NCBI GenBank assembly: GCA_035400625.1
Contig: DAOMZT010000001.1
Location: forward strand, 240,001-272,000
DNA from: an archaeon
GTDB taxonomy: Archaea; Iainarchaeota; Iainarchaeia; Iainarchaeales; CSSED10-239
Length of the DNA stretch: 32,000 bases
Reading direction: 5' to 3'
Shown: positions 1-9,632 of the stretch, one piece after another
Numbering within the stretch: position 1 is the stretch's first letter
Layout: each line of letters begins with the position of its first letter
Notes under the pieces: model-generated
Told to the model about the DNA's origin: nothing
The model's input: only the letters and a program-made list of their open reading frames with translations
The model's database searches: none
Made by a program: the position numbers and the translations under genes

Positions 1-134
1 CAGTATTTTTCATGGGCTGGTCAATAAGTCTAATAATCCAAGAGCTATATGTTTTTGGTATCTTAAAACCAGTGCTTCTTGGCAAACGATGGGAGCTCTT
101 TGTTCAAAATAGCTTTAAAAGAAAAAAGAAATAG
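1..134 (+). CDS. 3' end of an unidentified, probably membrane, protein cut by the window edge
   Basis: Frame 3 is open from the window edge to TAG at 132-134 and reads VFFMGWSISLIIQELYVFGILKPVLLGKRWELFVQNSFKRKKK*. This is a hydrophobic stretch followed by a basic tail. It is convergent with cdc48 across a 4-nt gap. No family was recognised. Confidence 0.25.
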   Translation, partial: VFFMGWSISLIIQELYVFGILKPVLLGKRWELFVQNSFKRKKK

Positions 135-138
135 TAAT

Positions 139-2337
139 TTACCTAATTGCATAATCTTTTTCTTCTTTTTTTGGCCTTTCTTTCTTTGACTTGAATTTGT
201 CTATTGCTTTAATAAACGCATCTCTTGTCACTACTGGTCTTTTGTTATCTAGTTTGTTATCTTTTTCTATATCTTCAATAATCATTCTGATCTTGGATAG
301 GCCAGCCTCTCTACAAACAGCTTCTATCTCTGCCCCCGAGAAATCTTCTGTTAATGCTGCAAGCTCTCTTGGCACAACTTTTTTATCAACATTCATTTTT
401 GAAATATGTACTTCAAAGATTTTTTCTCTTGTTTTTTCATCAGGCATTGGAACCAAAAGAAGCTTTTCAAATCTTCCAGGTCTTAAAAATGCAGGATCAA
501 TCAAGTCTGGTCGGTTGGTTGCACCCATAATAACTATGTCTTTAAGATTTGATACTCCATCCATTTCTGTTAACAATTGTGCAACTACATTGTTTCTAAC
601 ATCATTTGTCTCAAGTCCTGTTCTTCCAGAAGTTATGGAATCAATCTCATCAATAAAAATGATGCTTGGCGCAAGTTGTCTTGCTTTCTTAAAAATATCT
701 CTTATCTTTCTTTCTGATTCTCCAACCCATTTATTAAATATCTCTGGGCCTTTTATTGAAATAAAGTTGGCTTTTGTTTCAGTAGCAATTGCTTTTGCAA
801 GCAGAGTCTTTCCTGTTCCTGGTGGTCCATAAAGCAACACTCCACGAGGAGGTGTTATTCCGACCTTTTCAAACAACAATTTATGTTTCATTGGCCATTC
901 AATCATTTCTTTTAGTTCTTGTTTAATCTCTGTAAGCCCCCCTACATCCTCCCATCTTGTGTTAGGGATTTGCACCATTATCTCTCTAATGGCTGATGGC
1001 TCAACAACATTAAGTGCGTCCAAGAAATCCTGTCTTGTAATCACTAATTCATCCATTATCTCTTTAGATAGTTCTGTACCTGTTTCTTTGTTAATCTTAG
1101 GCATTAGCCTTTTTAATGCCTTTAGTGCCGCTTCTTTACAGAGAGCAGAAACATCTGCTCCAGAAAAGCCATTTGTCAGTTCTACCAACTCGTCAATTTT
1201 TACATCATCAATTAATGGCATGCCTCTAGTATGTACTAAAAATATTTCTCTTCTTGCTTCTTTACTTGGAATATTAATTTCTATTTCTCTATCAAATCTT
1301 CCTGGCCTTCTTAAGGCTGGATCAATTGAATCAGGGATGTTTGTCGCACCAATAACAACCACATTTCCCCTTGTCTTTAGCCCATCCATTAATGTAAGTA
1401 ATTGAGCAACAATTCTTTTTTCAGTTTCTCCATGTATGTGTTCTCTTTTTGGTGCAATAGAATCTATCTCATCAATAAAGATAATTGCATTCTCTTGTTT
1501 TCCTGCTTCTTCAAATATGTTTCTTAGGTTCTCTTCTGATTTACCATATACTCCGCTAACAATCTCTGGTCCATTAATTATTGTAAAATAAGAATCAGTC
1601 TCAGAAGCTACTGCTTTTGCAAGCAAGGTCTTTCCTGTTCCTGGAGGGCCATGCAGTAATATCCCTTTAGGCGGGGTTATCCCTAGTTTCTTAAATATCT
1701 CTGGTCTTCTAATCGGTAATTCAACCATTTCTCTAATACTTTCTATTTCTTTTTTAAGTCCGCCAATATCATCATAGGTTATTCCATATTTACTTGTTTC
1801 AATTGGCTTTTCAGAGATTGTCAATTTGGTGTTAGCAGTAATCTTTACTGCTCCTTTTGGCAAGGTTTTTGTAACTGTCAAAGAAAGGTCTCTTGATTCT
1901 TCGTTGATAAATATTTTAATGCCTCTGATTATTACCACATTTCCTTCTAGTATGTTCTTGTTAACAATCCTGTCATGAATATAGCTAATAATGTCGTTTC
2001 TTTTAAGATCAGGAATCTCAACAGGTGGTGCAAGCGTAACTGCGTGTGCGATTAGGCAGTTTATCTTTTCAATATACACTTCATCATCAATCTTAGAACT
2101 AGAGTTTTGTCTTAGGTTTCCATCCATCTTGATAATGTTTAGTCCTGCATCTGTTACTTTGCCTCTTACAGCATAAGCAATAACTGCCTTGTCATTTTTA
2201 AGATTGCTAATTCTTATAGTGTCTCCTGTTGTCAAGCCCATTCTTTCAAATACCACTGGATCTATTTTTGCAATGTCTTTTCCAACATCATAAATTTCTG
2301 CTTCTCTAACAGTAAGCTTTGCTTTTATATCAACCAT
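139..2337 (-). CDS. cdc48: Cdc48/VCP-like AAA+ ATPase with two AAA domains
   Basis: 732 aa with an ATG start. There are two Walker A motifs ([20 protein letters not shown] and [20 protein letters not shown]) and two Walker B motifs (IIFIDEIDS, twice). The N-terminal double-psi-barrel-like region (GDTIRISN...) is typical of archaeal Cdc48. Confidence 0.95.
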   Translation of the reverse strand: MVDIKAKLTVREAEIYDVGKDIAKIDPVVFERMGLTTGDTIRISNLKNDKAVIAYAVRGKVTDAGLNIIKMDGNLRQNSSSKIDDEVYIEKINCLIAHAVTLAPPVEIPDLKRNDIISYIHDRIVNKNILEGNVVIIRGIKIFINEESRDLSLTVTKTLPKGAVKITANTKLTISEKPIETSKYGITYDDIGGLKKEIESIREMVELPIRRPEIFKKLGITPPKGILLHGPPGTGKTLLAKAVASETDSYFTIINGPEIVSGVYGKSEENLRNIFEEAGKQENAIIFIDEIDSIAPKREHIHGETEKRIVAQLLTLMDGLKTRGNVVVIGATNIPDSIDPALRRPGRFDREIEINIPSKEARREIFLVHTRGMPLIDDVKIDELVELTNGFSGADVSALCKEAALKALKRLMPKINKETGTELSKEIMDELVITRQDFLDALNVVEPSAIREIMVQIPNTRWEDVGGLTEIKQELKEMIEWPMKHKLLFEKVGITPPRGVLLYGPPGTGKTLLAKAIATETKANFISIKGPEIFNKWVGESERKIRDIFKKARQLAPSIIFIDEIDSITSGRTGLETNDVRNNVVAQLLTEMDGVSNLKDIVIMGATNRPDLIDPAFLRPGRFEKLLLVPMPDEKTREKIFEVHISKMNVDKKVVPRELAALTEDFSGAEIEAVCREAGLSKIRMIIEDIEKDNKLDNKRPVVTRDAFIKAIDKFKSKKERPKKEEKDYAIR

Positions 2338-2399
2338 AATTATACAAATAATATTATATTAGAAATAGTTTAAAAACCCAACCAATTTATTTAAGAAAA

Positions 2400-3884
2400 T
2401 TATGGTGTTCCTTCAGAATTTGAAGACAGTGATCTTTCATAAGTCACGGTTAGCACGCCACTGCTAACCTCGTCCAATATTGCAATTGCCTTTATTGTTG
2501 TTGTTTCTGTAATTTTTATCTCTCTATCATATATAGTAGATCTATCTGTAGGTGTGCTTTCATCTAAGGTGTAATATATTACAGCATTGCTTGTGTTTGT
2601 TTTTAATGTAACGGTTATAGGGTCTCTAAAATTAAAATTTGTAGGGTCTGCAGTAGGTGTTGCTACCTCTGTGTCTTTTAAAGTATAATCAAAAGATGAA
2701 ATTTGGCTTTTATTATCTAATATGGCAATTGCTTTAATATTACATCGATCTGTACACACCTCATTAAATGGTATTGGTGTTTGATAAAAGTTACTCCCAT
2801 CAGGATCGGTTCCATCAGTTGTGTAATAAATTCTTGCTTCTGGAGTTGTTGTGCTTAAAGTCAACGATGCATCTCTAGAAACAAACCCTGATGTTGGCTC
2901 AGCAATCGGGTCAGCAACATGTCCTACAACAGTATATTCTGCTTTTTGCACACCGCTATTAATTCTATCGCCATATGCAATTGCTTTTATTCTTGTAAAT
3001 TTTTCCACAATTCTAATGTCGTCTTCGTAAAGTGTAGAATTCCTCCCATTTCTTTCAGGGTTTGATCCATTAAGAGTATACCAGATTTCATCAGTAGAAG
3101 GTTCAGTGATTATTTTTATTTGTTCTCCTATACCCTCTATAAAACCAGCAGATGGTCTGAAAGTCAAATTTATGTGTGTTGGAGGTGTTATCGTATAAAT
3201 TTCAGTAAGTATGGCGCTATCTGTCATGCCTGCTTTACAAGCAATTGCTTTTAGAGTTGTTGTTTGAGTGATTGATATTGGAGTAGTGTAGGTTGTTGAA
3301 GAGGTGTTTGGATTATTACCATCAGTAGTGTAATAGATTGTAGCGTCCTGTGGATTCGTTTTTAAATTTACACTTTGTGGCTCTGAGTAAGTATCTCCTT
3401 TTGGTGTTGCAGTAGGCTTTTCAACTTGTCCTGTGCCAGGTGGCGGGATCATGCTAGAAACATCCCATCTATATGTATTTGACTTTGCTGATCCGCCATC
3501 TAGGGTGGTAAGAATATAAGCAGAATGGGGTCCTATACCTAATTGGCTATCTAGCGTAATTCTGTTATTTTTAATTTCTTTTCTATTATCTATATCATCA
3601 TCAATTACTAATTCGTTATTTCCATCACTAAAACTTTGAAAAAGAACATCACAATTTATACTTACACAAGCAACAGAATGAAGAACAGCAGGTATTACAG
3701 TCTTTGACATGGTTATTGCTGAGCTGGCGCTTTTTTCAGTAGATTGTTTAGAACTAGAACCTATCCCTACAATTATGACAATTACAATTGTTGCAAGTAA
3801 TACTGCTCCACCAAACAACAACAATGTTTCAATTGAGCCTTGCCCTTTTTTCTTATTTTTATTTTTTAGAGTGTTCTTTTTCAT
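2400..3884 (-). CDS. Class III signal peptide (type IV pilin-like) protein with four tandem chitobiase/hexosaminidase-C-terminal-like (CHB_HEX_C / Fn3_assoc-like) repeats; putative pilus adhesin
   Basis: The N-terminus MKKNTLKNKNKKKG|QGSIETLLLFGGAVLLATIVIV fits the QxSxExxxL motif followed by a hydrophobic helix. Residues about 60-100 are paralogous to the pilin at 15361. There are four repeats of about 70-80 aa (aa about 160-483, nt about 2436-3407), each with an IYYT(T/L)DG..P ... (L/I)KAIA signature. Several N-x-S/T sequons are present. Confidence 0.8.
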   Translation of the reverse strand: MKKNTLKNKNKKKGQGSIETLLLFGGAVLLATIVIVIIVGIGSSSKQSTEKSASSAITMSKTVIPAVLHSVACVSINCDVLFQSFSDGNNELVIDDDIDNRKEIKNNRITLDSQLGIGPHSAYILTTLDGGSAKSNTYRWDVSSMIPPPGTGQVEKPTATPKGDTYSEPQSVNLKTNPQDATIYYTTDGNNPNTSSTTYTTPISITQTTTLKAIACKAGMTDSAILTEIYTITPPTHINLTFRPSAGFIEGIGEQIKIITEPSTDEIWYTLNGSNPERNGRNSTLYEDDIRIVEKFTRIKAIAYGDRINSGVQKAEYTVVGHVADPIAEPTSGFVSRDASLTLSTTTPEARIYYTTDGTDPDGSNFYQTPIPFNEVCTDRCNIKAIAILDNKSQISSFDYTLKDTEVATPTADPTNFNFRDPITVTLKTNTSNAVIYYTLDESTPTDRSTIYDREIKITETTTIKAIAILDEVSSGVLTVTYERSLSSNSEGTP

Positions 3885-4067
3885 AATATTTTATATACAT
3901 AGAATATATTTTAAATGCTATCTTTATAAAGATAAGAACAAATCAATCTCTTAGTGTTTTTGTTTATCTATAATTGCTCTTCCTGCAAAATAAAAATCCC
4001 ATCTTAATTGATAACAAGCTTTTTAAAATGTTATTATTTTATTTAAAATATAAGGGGTAGATTATTT
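3885..4067. promoter_or_regulatory. Divergent AT-rich promoter region, call based on position only
   Basis: This is the only non-coding DNA between two divergent genes. TATA-like TTTATAAAG and TTTAAAATATAT lie on the minus strand upstream of the adhesin ATG. On the plus strand, TTTAAAATATAAGGGG lies 10-25 nt before the 4068 ATG, which suggests a short-leader or leaderless transcript. No experimental support. Confidence 0.3.
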
Positions 4068-4946
4068 ATGGCAAAACCAATGAGATATAGACCAATAGGG
4101 ATGAAAGCTTCAAGAAGATTAATTAACCTGAAAGCACCAGGAAAATTAATGGTCACGAAAACCTCAAGAAGATTAGTAGGGGCGAAATCATTAGTAAAAG
4201 GTGCGAAATCTCCAGGAAAGAAACCAATAGGCGTGAAAGTCCCAGATGTGAAAGTACAACCAAATAGATTGATAGATGCGAGAACACTAAGAAAACCAAA
4301 ATCACAAAAAACCCCCAAAGGAACTATAGGTCATCAGCCAGAAAGAAACATTAATATTTCTGCTTTCATTAGATCAATGAATGAAGTAACTGGTTCTAGA
4401 TTTACAAGTGGTACAAAGATTGAAGATGTAAGAAGAACATTTAAGAAATTAGATGCAGGTAAAAGATTTCCAGAAACAAAAATAAATGTTGTTAAAAAAT
4501 ATTTAAATAATGGCTATTTACTAAATGAAATCCAAAGGTCCCCTGAAAAAGCCAGAGAGGTAAAAAGACAACTTTCAGCAGTAGGAGTTGATGCAAGACA
4601 CATCGTTGCAACAAATATAAATCACCCTGTCTTTAGATTGTTGTTATTAGATTTTTCAAGGGCAGAAATTGAATCTGCTTTAAGAAACAGAACCCTCAGA
4701 ACAAATTACGAAAGCCAATTAAATAGCATAATAGATAATGTTTGCAGTTCCAAAACAATTGACTTATTAGATTCACGTAATTTGCCAGCTACTAGTGCAA
4801 TGGCCAAAAATGCATTTATTAATGCAGTAAAAAATGGCTATAAAGCCGAGATTATCTCGCGAATAAGGAATGGAAGAATTAACATCCCTGAAGCACGAAA
4901 AAAGCAATTAATCCAACAAATAATAAAAATACAACCAGTTAATTAA
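4068..4946 (+). CDS. Hypothetical highly basic protein with an N-terminal K/R/P/G repeat tail and three helical repeats
   Basis: 292 aa with an ATG start preceded by AAGGGGT. The N-terminal 85 aa contain imperfect repeats: RPIGMK/KPIGVK, ASRRLI/TSRRLV and LKAPGK/AKSPGK. The C-terminal part has three modules of about 45 aa with an (N)GY/DFS...EI...(L/I)R.. pattern. No family was recognised. Confidence 0.6.
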   Translation: MAKPMRYRPIGMKASRRLINLKAPGKLMVTKTSRRLVGAKSLVKGAKSPGKKPIGVKVPDVKVQPNRLIDARTLRKPKSQKTPKGTIGHQPERNINISAFIRSMNEVTGSRFTSGTKIEDVRRTFKKLDAGKRFPETKINVVKKYLNNGYLLNEIQRSPEKAREVKRQLSAVGVDARHIVATNINHPVFRLLLLDFSRAEIESALRNRTLRTNYESQLNSIIDNVCSSKTIDLLDSRNLPATSAMAKNAFINAVKNGYKAEIISRIRNGRINIPEARKKQLIQQIIKIQPVN

Positions 4947-4947
4947 A

Positions 4948-7113
4948 TTATTTTTTCTTTTTAGTTGTCTTTGTTTTTGGTTTGTCTGCTTTTGCCTTTG
5001 CAACCATTTCTTTCTTTTGTTTTTCTTTTTCTGCCTTGGCCTTTGCTTTCTCTTCTCTGGCTTCTTGCTTTTCTTTTAGCCTTGCCTCATATTCTTTCTG
5101 CTGTTCAATTCTTTTTGCACATTTGTGATTTAAGCAAACATCAATCCCACCACGCCTTGTTAATATTTTGATCTCTGGGTTACCACACACCTCGCAAACC
5201 TTTCCTGTTCCTTCAACTTTATATTTCTGAGGTAATGGAAAGGTGTTTCTACAAGCAGGATATCCAGAACATGCAGCAAACTGTTTGTTATTTTTACTAA
5301 TTCTTATTATCAGATCTTTTCCACAAATAGTGCATTTCCCTAAAATTGAATCGTTTCTGGTTGCTGCTCTAAGTTCTTGAGATATGTCGTTTTTTTCTGC
5401 AATTAAAATTTTAATTATGTTCTTTAATATCCCTCTAGTCTCATCAACAACCTCTGGCTTTTTCTTTTTGCCAGTAGCGACTAGTTCCATCTCATCTTCA
5501 ATATTAGCTGTTAATTTTGGTTGTGTTATTAATTCACAATGTTTATTAAGAACAGAACAAACAGCAATTGCGATGTTAGTGGCAGATATGCTTTTTGTGC
5601 CTTGAATATATCCCCTGTCTCTTAATTTTTTAATAATCACTGGCCTTGTAGATTTAGTTCCTAGGTTTTGTTCTTCCATTAGTTTGATCAAGCCAGCTTC
5701 TGTATAACGACTTGGTGGTGTTGTTTCTTTGTTCTCCTGGACAATATCAATAACATCTACGATATCCCCTGATTTAAGATCTGGCAAAATCGTCTCGTTA
5801 AGTTTAGAAAAATGATAGATTTTCTTCCAACCAGGCTCAATTATGGTTTGTCCAGTAACAACAAAAGGCTCTTTTTTAATATCAATTAATGCAGAGATAT
5901 TCTGCGTCTTTGCATCTCTATAAAGAGTAGCAAGAAATCTTCTAACAATAAGGTCATAGATTTTTTTCTCCCCGCCAGATAGTTTATTAGAATAACCAAC
6001 AGGGTAGATTGGTGGGTGGTCTGTTGTTTCTTTTGCTCCTCTTGATGGGTGTATTGGTTTAGATAATATTTCTTTAGCAACTGCATTATAATCTTTATCT
6101 TGCAAAACAATTTCTACAATTTCTTTAAGATTTACACTTGCAGGATAAACAGTATTGTCTGTTCTAGGGTAGCTAATCAACCCTTGTTGATAAAGTGATT
6201 CTGCAATATTCATTGCTTGATTAGTGCTGATCCCAAAAACAGAAGATGCTGCTCTAAGAAAGCTAGTTGTATTAAACGGTTCTGGCCTGTTAAGTGTTTT
6301 TTCTTTTTTAGAAACTGCTTTGACAACGCCCTTTTTTTCGTTTTTGATACTTTCAAATATTTTTTTTCCTTTCTCAATATCAAAAAACTTGCCATCTTTA
6401 TGGTTTCCAGAAAACTTGATTTTTGTTTTCTCAAAATTCGCAATTATTTCAATATATTTTTCAGGCACAAATTTTTGTCTTTCAAGTTCTCTTTCTACAA
6501 TAAAGTTTAGTAACGGAGTTTGTACCCTGCCTGCAGAAATGAAAAGCTTGCCTTTTCTGTTTGATACTACTGAAAGATATCTAGTTAGTATTACCCCCCA
6601 CAACAGATCAACTTCTTGACGAGTAAACACAGAATCTGCATAATTAAAATCAACCTTTCTCAAATTTTTAAAAGACTCAGTAACTTCTTTTTCAGTCAAA
6701 GCACTAAAATAAGCCCTGTGTAACTTTGTGTTTTTATTATTCTCAATAACATAATTGTAAGCCTCTACACCAATCGCTTCTCCTTCACGATCAGCATCTG
6801 TTGCCACAATAATGTTTTGTAGATTTTCTCTTTTCTTTTTTAAATTTGCAATTATTCCTTTCTCAACTTGCAGATAAGTAAGTTGTTTGTCTGCTAGAAG
6901 ATCAAGAGTGTAGATATTCCAGTAATTGTTGTCTCCAACAAAATCAACAGTATTGATGTGCCCTCTAAGTGGTATGACTAACATCTCTTTGCCATTAGAA
7001 TTAAATGAAAAGCAGTGCACCCCGTTTTCCACTGTTGTTGTGAAATTATTTTTTGAGAGAATACTTGCAATCCTTTTTCCTGCAATTGCCTTCTCTGAGA
7101 TTATTAAGTCCAT
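4948..7113 (-). CDS. topA: DNA topoisomerase, type IA (archaeal Topo I/III-like)
   Basis: 721 aa. Toprim motif IIVATDADREGEAIG. Active-site tyrosine context GLISYPRTDNTVY. C-terminal Cys4 zinc ribbons (CTICGKDL...CSGYPACRN and CEVCGNPE...CLNHKC). A lysine-rich tail is present. There is no helicase domain, so this is not reverse gyrase. Confidence 0.93.
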   Translation of the reverse strand: MDLIISEKAIAGKRIASILSKNNFTTTVENGVHCFSFNSNGKEMLVIPLRGHINTVDFVGDNNYWNIYTLDLLADKQLTYLQVEKGIIANLKKKRENLQNIIVATDADREGEAIGVEAYNYVIENNKNTKLHRAYFSALTEKEVTESFKNLRKVDFNYADSVFTRQEVDLLWGVILTRYLSVVSNRKGKLFISAGRVQTPLLNFIVERELERQKFVPEKYIEIIANFEKTKIKFSGNHKDGKFFDIEKGKKIFESIKNEKKGVVKAVSKKEKTLNRPEPFNTTSFLRAASSVFGISTNQAMNIAESLYQQGLISYPRTDNTVYPASVNLKEIVEIVLQDKDYNAVAKEILSKPIHPSRGAKETTDHPPIYPVGYSNKLSGGEKKIYDLIVRRFLATLYRDAKTQNISALIDIKKEPFVVTGQTIIEPGWKKIYHFSKLNETILPDLKSGDIVDVIDIVQENKETTPPSRYTEAGLIKLMEEQNLGTKSTRPVIIKKLRDRGYIQGTKSISATNIAIAVCSVLNKHCELITQPKLTANIEDEMELVATGKKKKPEVVDETRGILKNIIKILIAEKNDISQELRAATRNDSILGKCTICGKDLIIRISKNNKQFAACSGYPACRNTFPLPQKYKVEGTGKVCEVCGNPEIKILTRRGGIDVCLNHKCAKRIEQQKEYEARLKEKQEAREEKAKAKAEKEKQKKEMVAKAKADKPKTKTTKKKK

Positions 7114-7119
7114 TTTATT

Positions 7120-7590
7120 CTAAAAAGTAGTTTGTAAAATCTTTCTTGGAAGATTCTTGCTGTTTTTATGTTCTTTTAAAATTGTTAGAATGCTTGCTTT
7201 TGTTATCCCGTCAATCTTAAAGATGCTGTCAAGCAAGGCCTTGAGATCTCCTTTATCAAGAGCCATAACCCTAGCAAGAACATTATATTCGCCAGTAACC
7301 TCTATGACTTCTTTAACATCTTCCATTTCTTTTAGTTTTTTAATAATGTCATTTTGTTTAGATGGGTCAATCGTGATTAATATTTCTGCCTTTTCGTTAA
7401 ATCCAAGTATCTCATAATCAATCTCTGCAGTAATAGATTTGATAATTCCCCTTTGTGTTAATCTGTCTAGTCTTTTCTTTACAGCAACATCTGTTAGGTT
7501 AATCTCCTTTGCGATATTTGCAAAAGATACTCTCCCATTAACAGCTAATTGCTCAATTATATATTTATCAATCTTATCTATTACTTGCAT
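7120..7590 (-). CDS. Lrp/AsnC-family transcriptional regulator
   Basis: 156 aa. N-terminal HTH region DKIDKYIIEQLAVNGRVSFANIAKEINLTDVAVKKRLDRLTQRGIIK is followed by an AsnC/RAM-type C-terminal domain. Confidence 0.9.
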   Translation of the reverse strand: MQVIDKIDKYIIEQLAVNGRVSFANIAKEINLTDVAVKKRLDRLTQRGIIKSITAEIDYEILGFNEKAEILITIDPSKQNDIIKKLKEMEDVKEVIEVTGEYNVLARVMALDKGDLKALLDSIFKIDGITKASILTILKEHKNSKNLPRKILQTTF

Positions 7591-7599
7591 ATTTGATCT

Positions 7600-8313
7600 C
7601 TATTTGAATGGCTTTAATAAATCGTATTTACCAAGATAAACTTCTGTTTTTAAAATCTCAATAAATGGAATAACAAACATTACAAAGAAAACCGTTGCAA
7701 TGATTGGTCCAGCAAACACTCCAAAGATAACATCAATTATATAAGTTAAAAGTGTCAATATAAAAACTGTTACAAACAGATAAACAAAATATACTGGCTT
7801 TTTCTTTATATAATTTATATTTAAAACAATAGAGTATTCTGCACTTTGTTTTTCTATAACAATAATTTGCGGTATAAACCAGAATAACAAGGTTATTACA
7901 AACAATATAATGTTTACAAATATGTTGTTTATAATCCCAAAATCAAAAAGAATACACAACGCTATAAACAAAAGCAAGAAAAAAGAAACATTAAATTTTA
8001 AAAGTTCAATAAACGGTCTTTTTATTTCTCTAGAATTTTTATTATCAAAGTCATACTCTCTTCCCATCTTAAAAACAATGATTGTTTGAAAAAGAGTATA
8101 TGCAAATATTATTGCAATAAAAGCAATAAGTGTTAAAATAATAATTAATGGATCTTGATTTAACAGTTCATAAGTAAGGTTAATACTTCCTCCTGATAGG
8201 CTAAACAATGGATTAACCAAAAACATCGTAAATATAAACAAAAGGCTAGTTGCAAAAACAATTTTTATGTTTTTTACATACTTTTTAAATGCAACAGCAA
8301 TATCCATACTCAT
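7600..8313 (-). CDS. Hypothetical polytopic membrane protein
   Basis: 237 aa with about 6 hydrophobic segments. It is tightly stacked (9 nt) upstream of the Lrp gene on the same strand. No family was recognised. Confidence 0.6.
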   Translation of the reverse strand: MSMDIAVAFKKYVKNIKIVFATSLLFIFTMFLVNPLFSLSGGSINLTYELLNQDPLIIILTLIAFIAIIFAYTLFQTIIVFKMGREYDFDNKNSREIKRPFIELLKFNVSFFLLLFIALCILFDFGIINNIFVNIILFVITLLFWFIPQIIVIEKQSAEYSIVLNINYIKKKPVYFVYLFVTVFILTLLTYIIDVIFGVFAGPIIATVFFVMFVIPFIEILKTEVYLGKYDLLKPFK

Positions 8314-8407
8314 ACTAATTCTCCATTTTATTTTTCTAATTTTTTAATAAATATTACTTTGTTTATATTATATATTAATAGAATTCTTTTTAAATAATTA
8401 ACCTTTG

Positions 8408-9631
8408 CTAAAAAACAAGCTTAGCTTCAAGATATCCTTGTTTTGCAACAGTGATTTTTACTTTTTGTGTTTTTCCAAGAACGAGTTTTTCTTTTGGCAC
8501 CACTACCTGCTTGTAACTTTTTGTTCTTCCTATCAATGTTTTGTTTTTACCAATCTCTGTTAAAAGTATCTCTTGTGTTTTTCCAATAAGCTTTTTGTTA
8601 TTTTCAAGAGCGATATTTGCACAAAGTTTTGTAACAATTCTAGATCTTTCTTTTTTTATTCCTCCGTTCAAATCTTTGTAATTGTTTGCTTCTATTCCTT
8701 TTCTTCTTCCAAACCTAGAAATATTAACCACATCAAATTTGCATTTCTTGATAATTTCAATTGTTTCTAAAAAATCCTTCTCTGTTTCTGTAGGAAAACC
8801 CACAATAACATCTGTTGCTAGTGTCAGGTCTTTTATGTTCTTTCTAAAATAAGATATCAAGTCCAGATATTCTTTCTTAGTATAGTATCTGTTCATTTTC
8901 ATAAGAACAGAATCGCTACCGCTTTGTATTGGCACATGCAAGAAGCTATACATTTTTTCAGATTTAAATATTTCACAAATCTCTTTTTTATATTTTTTGA
9001 AATGTTGGGGGTTTCCCATACCAAGCCGTATCTTAAATTCACCAGGCATTTTTATTATTTCTTTAAGAAGGCAAGAAATATTTGTATTAATGTCAAGGCC
9101 ATAGCAACCAGTATCTTGAGCAGTCAAGAGTATTTCTTTTGTGTTGTTTTTTACAGCTTCTGCTATTTCTTCTTTTATTTTTTTAATACTTTTGCTTTTT
9201 AGTTTTCCTCTCGCAAATTTAACTGCACAATAAGCGCAGTTGCCAAGGCAACCGTTTGCTATAATTATTGCTTTTGTAATTTCGTGTTTTGTTTCTTGTT
9301 TTTTGTTCCTAAATTTGTCCAGATATTTTAATAGCTTTTCTTTGTCCTTGATCCCGTACATCTTTGCTTTTGGCAAAAGCTCTTTTAGTTTCTTAGAATC
9401 AATATCAACAAGACAACCGGTAATTATAATTTCTTTGTCTTTAATTGTTTTTAGGTTATCAGAAATATACTTGTAGATTTTCGTTTCTGTCTGTTCTTTT
9501 ACTCCGCATGTGTTTATAACAACCAGGTCTGCAGATTTCTCGTCCTTGCTTTCTGATATTCCAGAAACAATGTCTTGGCTATCTCTTTGGTTCAAGGTGC
9601 AACCAAAAGTTTTTATAAAAATTGTTTTCAT
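8408..9631 (-). CDS. Radical-SAM tRNA methylthiotransferase, MiaB/MtaB (CDKAL1-like) family
   Basis: N-terminal UPF0004 cysteines are present (FGC, NTCGV, TGCL). The radical-SAM motif is CLGNCAYC (CxxxCxxC). The C-terminus is TRAM-like. The track start at 9649 is a TTG. The ATG at 9631 (MKTIFIKTFGC) sits 1 nt after the upstream gene's stop and is preferred. Confidence 0.9.
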   Translation of the reverse strand: MKTIFIKTFGCTLNQRDSQDIVSGISESKDEKSADLVVINTCGVKEQTETKIYKYISDNLKTIKDKEIIITGCLVDIDSKKLKELLPKAKMYGIKDKEKLLKYLDKFRNKKQETKHEITKAIIIANGCLGNCAYCAVKFARGKLKSKSIKKIKEEIAEAVKNNTKEILLTAQDTGCYGLDINTNISCLLKEIIKMPGEFKIRLGMGNPQHFKKYKKEICEIFKSEKMYSFLHVPIQSGSDSVLMKMNRYYTKKEYLDLISYFRKNIKDLTLATDVIVGFPTETEKDFLETIEIIKKCKFDVVNISRFGRRKGIEANNYKDLNGGIKKERSRIVTKLCANIALENNKKLIGKTQEILLTEIGKNKTLIGRTKSYKQVVVPKEKLVLGKTQKVKITVAKQGYLEAKLVF

Positions 9632-9632
9632 G

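Noticed and set aside
139-200. Proteasome-docking HbYX motif at the Cdc48 C-terminus
   Set aside because: The C-terminus is ...EEKDYAIR, so the Tyr is at -4 rather than the penultimate position. No claim can be made from sequence alone.
191-2176. Plus-strand ORFs (191..832, 959..1405, 1991..2176) inside the cdc48 region
   Set aside because: They lie antisense to a gene with unmistakable AAA+ motifs. Their translations are S/L/I-rich low-complexity mirror products with no motifs.
4043-4318. 91-aa minus-strand ORF overlapping the start of the basic protein gene
   Set aside because: It is an antisense shadow of the K/R-rich repeat region, giving an F/L/G-rich product. It has no start context and would leave no promoter space.
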